64,000 bases of DNA from Octopus vulgaris. Lineage: Eukaryota. The number at the start of each line of letters is the position of its first letter. Within the stretch, counting starts at the first letter, position 1. Location of the stretch: the NCBI GenBank assembly GCA_951406725.2, contig OX597821.1, positions 23,002,001-23,066,000 of the forward strand. Reading direction: 5' to 3'. Shown here piece by piece: positions 50,454-62,192 of this stretch. The notes under the pieces are model-generated. The model saw only the letters and a list, made by a program, of their open reading frames with translations, was not told the DNA's origin and searched no databases. The translations under genes and the position numbers were made by a program.

Positions 50454-51428
50454 ATGACTTTTTTTTTTAATCCCCAGTTTTTATGTTTAAAGTACATAAT
50501 TAGACGATACATTCCATTCTCTTGAGGTAGCTGATGTCTCACCCTAATTATCATTAGCCACTATAGGGACTCAAACCCAGGACATTTACGTTAATCAATA
50601 AAGCCAACGGGTAATTGAAAGAATCAGCCTCTCTGAATCAAACGAAAAGTTCCATTGAATCTACTTTACAAACTTTTAGTTCAACAGCTCTCATCATTTT
50701 GGTAGATTTCCTGGGAATATGTAGTTAGATTCTTTCCTGTATGAAATCAGTTTTCCTTGTAAAAGCAGGCGAACAATGGTCGTTTCTTCGTTTTATTATT
50801 TGGATTGAGACCATCCTGGGGTATCAGCTTGAAAACGTCTATACTAAATTATAAAATTATAATTTCAACTTCAGTCACGTCAGTTTCTCAGAATCTTAGA
50901 ATTGGGAACCTGAAGATATCATGGTTACTATTGACCTTCCTCTGACTTACAATTCTAAATTATACATATTTATATATCAGAAATACTAAATTTCTAAATC
51001 TCTCGTAGAGACATGTACGGTGGTGGGGCAATAGAATGGTTGTATACTGTCAATCTAACACGAACGTGACAGTAGTGGTTACCACCGCTGTTTAGCCCTA
51101 GGAAGCATCGACGTCTCCTGATGGCTTTGACACATTTTTCCTGTGTCCTTATATACATTTACGAAGGGGAGACAAATACCCCCAGCCGCCCGGGCTGCAT
51201 TTATATAATACACCATAAAGTGTTCCTATCTCTGCCTGCCTCTCTGTCGCTCCACTTTCTCTTTCCCTCGCTTTTTATTCCTCTTCCTATCTGCCTCTCC
51301 ACACCTGTTCGTCAGTTTCCTTCCTCCCTTAACTCTAATGTCAGACGGAATCTGACTACACAATCACGCTGTTCAAAGTCTAGATATATATGTGAATGGA
51401 AGAATTTTTATCAGCGTTCGTCGCATTC

Positions 51429-51457
51429 GGTCGGTTAGCTCAGTTGGTTAGAGCGTC
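51429..51457 (+). pseudogene. tRNA-Ile 5' fragment
   Basis: GGTCGGTTAGCTCAGTTGGTTAGAGCGTC, then a rearranged remainder. Confidence 0.75.
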
Positions 51458-51815
51458 TCGGGTTAGAGCACCATACTGATCGATGAACTTCATTCTTTTT
51501 TTTTTCTTCTTTTAGATAAGTATCTAAGGTTTTTACGAATTCAAGTTGAGAAAGGCGCAGGCATAACCGTGTGGTAAGAAGTGTGGTTTTGGGTCCAATC
51601 CTACTGCGTGACATCTTGGACCAGTGTCTTCAACTATAACCCCGTGCCTACAAGAACCTTGTGAGTGGATGTAGTGCACGGAAACTGGAATAAGCCCGTC
51701 ATGTATGTATGAGTGTGTTGAGTAGATTCGATGTTTTCAACCACCATATATCGTTCTGGGGATTAGCCTATTGGTTCCCCATATGAGCACCCTTCCAGAT
51801 ATATATGGGTTGCAC

Positions 51816-52240
51816 AGGCGGCGAGCTGGCAGAAACGTTAGCACGCCGGGCGAAATGCGCAGCCGTATTTCGTCTGCCGTTACGTTCTCAGTTCAAATTC
51901 CGCCGAGGTCGACTTTGCCTTTCATCCTTTCGGGGTCGATAAATTAAATACCATTTACGCACTGGGGTTTGATGCAATCGACTTAATCCCTTTGTCTGTC
52001 TTTGTTTGTCCCCTCTATGTTTAGCCTCTTTTGGGCAATAAAGAAAACGTTAGTACGCCGGGCGAAATGCTTAGCGGTGTTTCGTCTGTCTTTACGTTCT
52101 GTGTTCAAATTCCACCGAGGTCGACTTCGCCTATCATCCTTTTGGGGTCGATAAATTAAGTACCAGTTGCATACTGGAGTCGATCTAATCGACTGGCCCC
52201 CTCCTCCAAAATTTCGGGCCTTGTACCTAGAGTAGAAAAG
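51816..52240 (+). mobile_element. Tandem family B SINEs
   Basis: Head at 51816, second unit at ~52043; flanked by the near-duplicate tatatgg(g/a)ttgcaca. Confidence 0.88.
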
Positions 52241-52774
52241 TGTATATGGATTGCACACACGCAAATGTATTTATGTTTATACACGTATACTTTATACTTT
52301 ATAAGTCAAGTCTAGGGGTAACTATAGAAATATCTTATTTCTCATTCCCTTTGAAGTTAGTCTTATTCGTGATTTGGGCTTTAACTGCCCACTCTAGCAT
52401 GTAAGGTGTTCTGTTACAGTTACCTCTTTTGTGTATAAATTCTGGGGTCAGTTAGGTCGGGTTATTTCCCTCGGGCCAGTTCTTTAGGTCCTTACTGTCT
52501 AAAAACAGCCCAAGGTAAAATGATTCTCCTGTTCCCCTTCTTCCCCACAAGAACTGGTCCAAGGCAGATAACTCATCCTCACCGAGTCCCCGCCCCGGAC
52601 TATCCACTCTTTAGTGACTTACTAACCGAATGACTGTAACGGATTCCTGCATCCCAGAGGTAAACGGTTACATTTGTCTTCGGCTTTAGAGTCTGAGGTG
52701 ACGTTCACGGGACTAAGCTCTTTGTGGATGCGAAACCATTGGTCACTCTATAACCGGACATAGACTTAACTACT

Positions 52775-52775
<1 letters not shown>

Positions 52776-52867
<92 letters not shown>

Positions 52868-52868
52868 A
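52776..52868. repeat. (CTAT)n microsatellite
   Basis: Seen directly. Confidence 0.95.
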
Positions 52869-52871
52869 TAG

Positions 52872-53384
52872 TTTATAATTTGGGTTCAGCAAAGATTTGC
52901 TTCACCACATACCGCAGTTTAGAAATAGCACTCAAAAAACCTTAGCTATTCCTTCTACTTTAAAAGGGACTCCCAGAAAAACCAAAGTACTTGCAAACAA
53001 TCTACGCAGGCAAAGAGGAAAAATAACGAAAATCAATCCATATTTGGTTACCCACGTACGCGCGTTTCGGAATTAGATCGGTATAAAGAATAAAGAATAA
53101 AGAATTATACTTTACCCAACCATTTTCGACTCATCAGTGTGGGATTCCAACAATATTAACTATCAAATATTAAATTCGAAGGCACTGGAATATATCTCTC
53201 CACCTAACGGTATCAGACATCGTATTCAGTGTTAGTGCCGCCATGCCTGCGTAGATTGTTTTCAAGTACTTTGGTTTTTCTGGGAGTCCCTTTTAAAGTA
53301 GAAGGAATAGCTAAGGTTTTTTGGATGCTATTTCTAAACTTCGGTATGTGGTAAAGCAAATCTTTGCTGAACCCTAATTATAAA
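52872..53384. mobile_element. Foldback element with 141-bp inverted arms enclosing a hammerhead (PLE pseudo-LTR-like)
   Basis: 52872-53012 is the near-perfect reverse complement of 53244-53384. Confidence 0.8.
53051..53143 (-). ncRNA. Type I hammerhead-like ribozyme
   Basis: Minus strand: CCCACA-CTGATGA-G...C-GAAA-CGCGCG-TA-CGTGGG. Canonical core, palindromic stem III ACGCGCGT, GUA triplet, irregular stem II. Confidence 0.65.
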
Positions 53385-53834
53385 GTATTACTTAAGCTTA
53401 CCATGAAATGGTCTTTTTCATGCCGAATTCTACTTGGTGACATTACTGATTACTTCTTAATTAATTAATTTTACCCTTACCCAACAAAAACTCACTACTT
53501 GAATGGACCATAAACAAAACTTGACTTAAATAGGATTCAAATAATCCTATCAGGTGGTGCTATTAAGTTAGACATGGCCTGGACCAATCTTTGGTCGAAA
53601 CATATCTAAGTTTATCTAAGTTTATATATATATATTTCAGTGTATCTATGCCTGTGACAATCTTTCCTTCAATATCTTTCCTTCTCTATCTCTTTGCCTA
53701 TCTGTCAATCTTTCTCTCTTTCTCCCCACCCCCATCTCTCTCAAGTGCCACAGGGAACTTGGCTGCAAACACACGCAACTGTAATATATGCTGTCATGTC
53801 TATGTAATACTTGTTATACAAGCTTTGTTTAAAT

Positions 53835-53908
53835 GGCCGGTTAGCTCAGTTGGTTAGAGCGTCGTGCTAATAACGCGAATGTCGTGGGTTCGAGCCCCAT
53901 ACTGGCCA
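53835..53908 (+). tRNA. trnI-AAT: tRNA-Ile (AAT), intact copy 3
   Basis: Identical to 37266-37339. Confidence 0.96.
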
Positions 53909-54266
53909 ATGTCTTCACCTACGATTTTCGTCTAAGACTTTTCTTTTTATACGTCTTTAGCGTATTTCAATAATATGAATTTAATTTTTTCCAGACTCTT
54001 GTTTCTTTTGCTTGTTTTTTTTTTTTTTTTTGCTTTTGCTTTTTTTTTTATAAATATCGTCAAAGTGTGTAAAATATCGAGTGTCTCTTCACAAAACTTA
54101 TGGCGAGTGTACAGAGAATCACTGAAGATGCAGTTAGGCCCACACATAGGCTCGTTATTTACTTACTCTGTCGTGTATCGATCCTCGCACCAATATTTAA
54201 AATTGTGTTAAGGAGACGACATAAATGCAAGTATAACCGAGATGAGTATAATTTTTCACAGACTAC

Positions 54267-54429
54267 AGGCGAAGGCATGGGTGTGTAGTAAGAAGCTTGT
54301 TTCTCAATCACATAGTTCCGTGTTCAGTCCCACTGCGTGGCACCTTGGGTAAGTATCTTCTACTGTAGCCTCGGGCGGAGCAAAGCCTTGTGGGTAAACT
54401 TAGTCGACGGAAACTGAAAGAAGCCCGTC

Positions 54430-54466
<37 letters not shown>

Positions 54467-54670
54467 GGTTCTCTGTGTCTGTGTTTGTCTCCTTCTACCG
54501 CTTGGCAACTAGTGTTGATGTGTTAATGTCCTCGTAACTCAGCGGTTCGGCCAGAGTCATCGATAGAATAAGTCCCAGACTTTAAAAAATACTGAGGCCG
54601 ATTCATTCGACTAAAAATTTCTTCAAGGCGGTATCCCAGCTTGGCCGCAAGTCTAATAACTGAAATAAAT
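54267..54670 (+). mobile_element. SINE family A, diverged
   Basis: Head-to-tail match. Confidence 0.85.
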
Positions 54671-55199
54671 AAAATATAAAAAAAAGATATAAATCAATGC
54701 TAAATACACTCAGAAATTACCGTTAGATGTCAATAAATACAACTATTATTTCGTAACAAGACGAAAGCTATGATATAAGTTGGTAAAAACAACAGCAGAC
54801 GAGGAAGGCACGCGCCATCTTTTTCGAGAAGCAGGCTGCATGAGATAAGATTCTTCATCAGACAGGCCGCACTAGTCAAAATACAAAGTAACTTTCCATC
54901 TTGGTGTGCCTCTCAGAAAGTCTTGCAAGACAGTTTGCCTCTGTAGAATCCTCGGGGAAAGTGGAAATTGCATTGGTTTATTTATGAGAATTCTCGGTGG
55001 AAACTTTGTTACGTTTATGTATTTGTTTTGCAAGATTCTTGATGCGAAATCCTGTATTGAAACAGATATTGTTATACTTGGGAATGGTCATACACTTGGG
55101 GAAGTTCATCTTTTATCAATTAATCACAAGCATTTTATACTCAATCTTTACTTCAGCATTATATGTTGGTGTTATATATCAGCACTAAATGTTTTGTTA

Positions 55200-55428
55200 T
55201 TTTTTTATTGCCCACAACGGGCTAAACATAGAGGGGGCAAACAAGGACAGACAAAGGTATTGAGTCGATTACATCGACCCCAGTGCGTAACTGGCACTTA
55301 ATTCATCGACCCCGAAAGGATGAAAGGCAAAGTCAACCTCGGCGGAATTTGAACTCAGAACGTAACGACTGAAGAAATACCGCTAAGCATTTCGCCCGAC
55401 GTGCTAACGTTTCTGCCAGCTCACCGCC
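55200..55428 (-). mobile_element. SINE family B, full length
   Basis: Flanked by near-duplicate atcagcacta.atgttttgt. Confidence 0.88.
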
Positions 55429-55465
55429 ATCAGCACTATATGTTTTGTCTTAGCTTCAGCGTTTT

Positions 55466-55721
55466 GTCTTTGCTTCAGCTTTATTATTATTATTTGTATT
55501 GTTTTGTCAAAGTCCTTTCGTCACACATCCTGTGACTTCTTCAGGGACTCTTTATCCCACGTTTCTCCTTTTGTCCAGCTTAGCCCAGAAAATGTACTAA
55601 GCAGAACAAGAGAAGACACATGGAATAAAGAGTCACCGAAGAGGTCACAGGATGCGTGCCGAACGAGTTTTGACAAAGAAACAACAACAAAAAAATTAAG
55701 AAATAAAGCTGAAGAAAAGAC
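55466..55721. repeat. Imperfect ~255-bp palindrome containing head-to-head hammerhead-like motifs
   Basis: Arms pair around a centre at ~55590 (gcttag / ctaagc). Confidence 0.8.
55506..55548 (-). ncRNA. Minimal hammerhead-like motif
   Basis: Minus strand: GTCC-CTGAAGA-A-GTCACA ggatg TGTGAC-GAAA-GGAC-TT-TGAC. Degenerate mirror copy at 55632-55674 (+). Confidence 0.6.
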
Positions 55722-56175
55722 CAACACGTGTGTTTGATTGGCAAAATATGACCATCCCCATTATACCAGTATGTGGAAACTACATTGAGCCTTTATAATC
55801 TGGAATCTGGTACGCTAATCTTTATGATTGACGTCATAAACGCTGTCCTTCACTATTTTATTAAAATAAAATAAAAGATACTCAGCAGTGTATCCCTTAA
55901 TCTGTCTGGCTCTTCTTTATCTCTGCCTCTCTGTCTTTCTTTCTCTTTATCTCTGACCTCCATTACTTACTCTTTGTCTCTTTTCTCTCTCTATCTCTCT
56001 CCATCCACCCTCTTTCCCCTCTATCTCTCTTTCTTTCTCTCCCTCTCTCTCTCTCTCCCTCACTCTCACCCCTCCTCTCATCCACCAGCTGTCAAACAAT
56101 ACAAATTCTAAACACGTACAGCTGTAGCCTACGTAAATCGTCTGTTCATGCTTATTTTTATCCGTATTCTACAGT

Positions 56176-56249
56176 GGCCGGTTAGCTCAGTTGGTTAGAG
56201 CGTCGTGCTAATAACGCGAATGTCGTGGGTTCGAGCCCCATACTGGCCA
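56176..56249 (+). tRNA. trnI-AAT: tRNA-Ile (AAT), intact copy 4
   Basis: Identical to 37266-37339; long T-run at 56255. Confidence 0.96.
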
Positions 56250-56824
56250 ATGTGTTTTTTTTTCTCTTTTTTGTATCTTTTTCTCTTTTTTGTGTCTTTA
56301 TATAAATGTCATTTTACTGTAAAGAAATTCAGTCCTCACAGCAACGCTTTTTTAAATGTCATTACACGATATAAACTAGAAATATGACTGGAATATATTA
56401 TTGACTAATAGAGGTTCCTGTTTTAAACTGCAGTACAACTGACAAGCATCAATACCGAAACTGCTATTCAATAGTATCGATCTGTAAGGCAAAGCCAACC
56501 ACTTTTATATAATTCACCAGTAAATCAATGAAATAATAAGCAATCATAGAACACATTTTTGTTTTTTTACAAATAGACCGACCATCACTTGGTCATTCCT
56601 CTTATCGTCACTCATGCTCTCTCAAGTAATTATTGAGTTCAAATTTTGGCACAAGGCCAGCAATTTCGACCACAATGTTCAACTAGTACTTATTTTATCG
56701 ATCCCGAAAGAATGAAAAGCAAAGTCGACCTCAGCGGAATTTGAACTCAGAACGTAAAGGCATTTCTTTCAAGTAATTTATTAAAGACATTTTCTTGTAT
56801 CCTATTCTTCCGCTCCAATTGTAT

Positions 56825-57237
56825 ACTCTTTTACTCTTTTACTTGTTTCAGTCATTTGACTGCGGCCATGCTGGAGCACCGCCTTTAGTCGAGCAAATCG
56901 ACCCCGAGACTTATTCTTTGTAAGCCCAGTACTTATTCTATCGGTCTCTTTTGCCGAACCGCTAAGTGACGGGGACGTAAACACACCAGCATCGGTTATC
57001 AAGCAATGTTAGGGGGAGAAACACAAACACACAAACACATACACACACACACATATATATATATACATATATACGACGGGCTTCTTTCAGTTTCCGTCTA
57101 CCAAATCCACTCACAAGGCATTGGTCGGCCCGGGGCTATAGCAGAAGACACTTGCCCAAGATGCCACGCAGTGGGACTGAACCCCGAACCATGTGGTTGG
57201 TTAGCAAGCGACTCACCACACAGCCACTCCTGCGCCT
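56825..57237 (-). mobile_element. SINE family A, full length
   Basis: Reverse-complement match. Confidence 0.9.
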
Positions 57238-57466
57238 GGTATCTTGGTATGAGACCAAAAACACTCAGCGCGCGCGTGTGCGTGTGCATGAGAGTTCGCA
57301 AGATTGACAAAATTTCAGCTGTGGGTTCCAATACCAACGCAGAAGTTCTAATATAGGCATCAAATTCATATCGTAATAATTGCATTTTATCCTAATTACG
57401 CCAGTTATCACAGCATATTATTGATCTATATTGATCTATGATCATTTTTCAAGAATACTAATCAGT

Positions 57467-57680
57467 AGGCGGCGAGCTAGTAGAATCGTTGCCACGCCGG
57501 GCAAAATGCTTAGCGACATTTTGTTCGTCCTTACGTTCTGAGTTCAAAACGTAAGGAGGTCGACTTTGCCTTTCATCCTGTCAGGGTCGATAAAATGTGT
57601 ACCGGTTGATCACTGGGGGCTGAGATCATCGACTTACCACCTTCCACGAAATTGCTGGCCTTAGGTCTAAATTTGAAATC
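57467..57680 (+). mobile_element. SINE family B, diverged
   Basis: Head aggcggcgagctagtagaatcgtt and core. Confidence 0.8.
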
Positions 57681-58186
57681 AGTAATACTGATCAATATAT
57701 CTACTCAGTATTCTATCATAGAATACAGCATTTCCTTGAAATAGGCCATATTTAAATTTACTCTAAATCGAAATTTTAAATTTACTCTAAATTTAAATAT
57801 ATTTAATTAAATTTAAATATATTTAAATTTACTCTAAATCGAAAACTGTGAGTAGGGCCCCGACATCAAAAGCAATTTCATATCAGTACAGCTTACACAG
57901 GCATATAACAGCAGGCCCGGGAGTACCTCTTGATAAAAGCGTCGCTCCAGGGCGGACTGCTATCCCTCGCCCCACTTATAACGTTACTATCCTTCCATGG
58001 AGGACATGTTGAAAGAATCTGCCATTGTGTCTCCTTCAAATATCCCCTCAAATACCCAGTGACCCCGACTCCATCCAGTATTCGTTTGTATAAGTTTTGT
58101 TGAAATATTTCGTTTTATTAGAGTCCATCCGAATGTGGATTCCACAAGATAACATTTATCTTTCTTGGAGCCAGTGAAGCGCGCTC

Positions 58187-58222
<36 letters not shown>

Positions 58223-58512
58223 TGTAACTGTCTTTCTAGCTTCGTCAAATTTACATTGCTTGTCAATCTCCTCCGCTCCATCAGTGTCAGAACACCAGAA
58301 ATGCTTAAATTCATGCAGTTGAATTAATTAAAAGTCGCTTTTAGACAAACAGACAGACAAGCAGATAGCGATGAAAGAAAGAAAGAAAGTGTGAGAGAAT
58401 AACATTTAGTTTATGAAAGAGGAGTTTCACTCCATGTACGACAATGATAAAGATATTCACCAACACCTTTGACATATTTCATAAATTTTGAAATTAATAT
58501 TTTCTCTATTTC

Positions 58513-58916
58513 TCTCTTTTACTTGTTTTAGTCATTTGACTGCGGCCATACTGGAGCACCGCTTTTAGTCGAGCAAATCGACCCCGGGACTTATTCTTTG
58601 TAAGCCCAGTACTTATTCTATCGGTCTCTTTTGCCGAACCGCTAAGTTACGGGGACGTAAACACGCCAGCATCGGTTGTCAAGCAATGCTAGGGGGACAA
58701 ACACAGACACACAAACATATACACACGCACTTATATATATATACATATATACGACAAGCTTCTTTCAGTATCCGTCAACCAAATCCACTCACAAGGCATT
58801 GGTCGGCCCGGGGCTATAGCAGAAGACACTTTGCCCAAGATACCATGCAGTGGGACTGAACCCAGAACCATGTGGTTGGTTAGCAAGCTACTTACCACAC
58901 AGCCACTCTTGCGCCT
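58513..58916 (-). mobile_element. SINE family A, full length
   Basis: Reverse-complement match. Confidence 0.9.
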
Positions 58917-59267
58917 ATATTTTGCCTACTCTTTTTTTTTGTCTGTCGATTTATAGACGCTGGTGTGTCTGGGTTTCTGAGTTTCGCCGCAACGGCAGGT
59001 TCGCTCGGATCGTTATAACATTGTGCTTAATAACGTGGATGCTGTGTCTTCACATCCCACGCTAATTAGTAACATTTTTGTTTTTAGATAATACATGTAC
59101 GGTTTTACTAAAACTGAAGTCAATCTGTGCACCAGTATCCTTATACGATGCCAATATCCGACATAAATTAGGCACAACTGGAAAATTATATTGCTGTCCC
59201 AGTATCCCAGAAGTCCCAAGTGCTGTTGGTGATTTTTCCCCTCTTCATTGTACACTTTTTCATTTTA

Positions 59268-59303
59268 CTTCCCGACGATGATCCTATGCTCGAAACGTCA
59301 AAC
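59268..59303 (+). ncRNA. Decayed hammerhead-like motif of the PLE tail family
   Basis: CCGACGA-T-GATC ctat GCTC-GAAA-CG-TC-AAAC, homologous to 28589-28623 and 12881-12918. Confidence 0.4.
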
Positions 59304-59399
59304 ACTTTCTCTTCTTACCAAGCGTCACACTCATACATTCCATGAGTACGTCTTATTGTTATTTTTTATGTTTGTTTATTTGATTTGACTATCTATCTA

Positions 59400-59695
59400 T
59401 TCTTTTACTTGCTTCAGTTATTTTATTGCGCCCATGCTGGAGCATCGCCATTAGTCGAACAAATCGACCCCAGGACTTATTCTTTGTAAGCCAAGTACTT
59501 TTCTATCGGTCTCTTTTGCCGAACCGTTAAGTTACAGGAACGTAAACACACCAACATCGGCTGTCAAGCGATGGTGTAAGGGACAAACACAGGCACACAC
59601 GCAAACACACACACATATAAATGTATATACGACGGGCTTCTTTCAGTTTCCGTCTATCAAAGCCACTCACAAGGCTTAGGTCGGTCCGAGGCTAT
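59400..59695 (-). mobile_element. SINE family A, lacking its head
   Basis: Reverse-complement match. Confidence 0.85.
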
Positions 59696-59704
59696 ATATA
59701 TATC

Positions 59705-59994
59705 ACTGTGACCGACCAGGCTATCAGATGTTGCTACATATCGCTGGTCACAATGCGCTTCGCATTGGTTTAGCCTTCAAATGACACGACCCCGCTGGCT
59801 AAGCGAGCAGGCCAACATAAGAAAGGGTGAGAGAAAGTTGTGGCGAAAGAGTACAGCAGGGTTCGCCACCACCCCTACTGGAGCCTCGTGGAGCTTTAGG
59901 TGTTTTCGCTCAATAAACACTCACAACGCCCGGTTTTGGAGTCGAAACCGCCATCCTACAACCACGAGTTCCTAACCACTGGGCCATTGTGCCT

Positions 59995-59997
<3 letters not shown>
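59705..59997 (-). mobile_element. SINE family C variant
   Basis: Reverse complement of 33204-33510. Confidence 0.85.
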
Positions 59998-60060
<63 letters not shown>

Positions 60061-60279
60061 GTATGTATGCATGTATATATATACCTGTATTTATATATAT
60101 ATTATAAATATATATAGGTATATATATGTCTCTGTGTGTGTACGTGCATACATACTTACGTACATACATAACATACATATATGCATACATGACATAACAT
60201 ACATACATGCATACATGCATAAATACATACATGCATAAATACATACATACAAACAAAATGCTTGACACTCACACTCAGC

Positions 60280-60490
60280 AAGTGGCAATGTAAAACAACT
60301 GACACAGAAGTTCGTGCAAAGGCAACTGAGCACAAACCGCCAGCCACTAATCATACAAAGACTGCATAAAAGGCAACCAAGGAATTGCAAATCAATGTTA
60401 AGAACTGGGAAGAGCTAGCTTTGGAGAGATCTGAGTGGAGGAAACGTATAAGGGAAGATTATAAAGCTTTTGAAGAGGGTCGCCTTGGCT
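60280..60490 (+). mobile_element. RTE/BovB-like LINE C-terminal fragment
   Basis: INVKNWEELALERSEWRKRIRE..FEE. Confidence 0.55.
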
Positions 60491-61000
60491 TCGGAAAGGC
60501 TGTCATCAGAACCTCAATAAAAATAGAAAATGCTGGAAGAGTGATACGTATGGCCGTGTATTCCTCTCGAAGATTGGGTATGTCAACCATTCGAAGTCCC
60601 ATGTTAGATCAACTGTATGTAACATTCTTCCACGGAGACCAGGTACTTCAACAAGAGCATACCACTTATGCTTCAAACCATGCGGATCTGCAACAGGACT
60701 GAATAGTGATCTGAGAAGTTATGGACGAGAAGTCAAAACTGCCATAGACAACGAAGCGGCTCAGAGTGACGGCAAATCATCTGTGAAAATGGAGCAATAA
60801 CCAACTGTATACTTAAATTACTCAATGTGTCTATCTATGACCGTAACTCTCTTTCTCACTTTCACTCGCTCTCTCTCCCCCTCTCCCTCTCTCTCTCTCT
60901 CTCTTTCTATCTCAAGTGTCACAAGAAGATGGACTATGAACTCACACACAACTGTAATCTATACTATTGTATCTACATAACAGTTCTTTAAATTTTAAGT

Positions 61001-61074
61001 GGCCGGTTAGCTCAGTTGGTTAGAGCGTCGTGCTAATAACGCGAATGTCGTGGGTTCGAGCCCCATACTGGCCA
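61001..61074 (+). tRNA. trnI-AAT: tRNA-Ile (AAT), intact copy 5
   Basis: Identical to 37266-37339; T5 terminator at 61077-61081. Confidence 0.96.
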
Positions 61075-61639
61075 TCTTTTTAAAGTAAGTTCATATTCAC
61101 CAATGTCTTTGGCATACCTTATTAATTTGAAACTAGCTTTCTTTTTTACGTACCTTTCTTCGATATGTATATCATCACAAACCCTATGGTCGTTACGATG
61201 CGCTCCTGACGACCATAAGGTCTCTGATGAGATTCATATTGAAGAAAGGTACATGTGCACATAGACTTGGTACTTGTACGATGCTTTGTACCTGATTGTT
61301 TGATCAAACTTTTTCAAATTTTTTAGTGAGATAAAAGAAATGCAAGTCTAATTGGTACAGTATCAGTGCAAATCCATCCATGTTTTGTAAGGAACTTCTT
61401 GCGGTATACTTACAAAAAGAAAAGCGTCGTTTATTAGTCGACAAATAAAACATCTATTAACCCGAGATAAACTGAGACCTAAAATAAGTTGTTAAAAACA
61501 GCAGCAAAGATGGAAGTTGATTAAATTTTATTGGAAATTCTCCGGGAAATTGGAAACTACATTGATGCACCGAAATCAAGGTAGAAACTGCTTTGTTCCT
61601 AAATTATCCGGGACGCTATTCCACATAATTGGCCTCAAA

Positions 61640-61986
61640 AGCGCCGGGTCATAGTGCTAGTGCATGCATATACAGCTGCGTGCGTGCGCACATACACGCG
61701 AGTAATGTCCAAATCTCCGACCAATCACATACAGCTAGCTGGCATTCATTTGGCGTATCAAGTTTCGGGCATTTTGATTGGGATTTGGATAGAAAATTCA
61801 CAAAAAAAAGTCACTTCTATTAATTTTTTATGGCTTTGCGGAGTGACTGGGGAAATGTAAAGATGTGCGCGACCACCCTTGGACAGTTTTGAATGACCAT
61901 AGAAAGTGCGAGCTCTCTAACTGAAAAATTGTGGATTTGTATAAAGGACACACACACAGACATTTTGCCGTATATATATATAGAGA
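61640..61986 (-). mobile_element. Helitron-like fragment
   Basis: Minus-strand 5' end TCTCTATATATATATACGGC resembles 38043. A partial 3'-end motif GCCGGGTCATAGTGCTAGT lies on the plus strand at ~61643-61661. Confidence 0.45.
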
Positions 61987-62192
61987 TAAAAGAACAAAAC
62001 ATACTGAATAGTGTATCTCTAAATCTGTCGTCTCTCCCTCCCCATCTCCTTAATCTTTGTTACCTTTCTACTTCCCTGTTTCTATCTGTTACTCACACTC
62101 ACTCTCACTCTTAACAGTGCAGCAGCAGTAGCAGCAGTCTATGGTAACTTCCTATTTGTTCATGATAATTATTACGCAAGTGCCGTAAACGT

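Larger units (their letters stand above)
48885..50555 (+). repeat. Segmental duplication unit C
   Basis: Paralogous to units A and B. Confidence 0.85.

Noticed and set aside
50560-50990. Possible decayed PLE coding fragment
   Set aside because: Only a vague resemblance; no motif could be read with confidence.
54815-54865. CTGATGAA...GAAA on the minus strand
   Set aside because: No stem III, NUH triplet or stem I pairing found.
57750-57845. AT-rich palindromic or tandem segment
   Set aside because: Consistent with local slippage duplication of atttaaatttactctaaat in low-complexity DNA.
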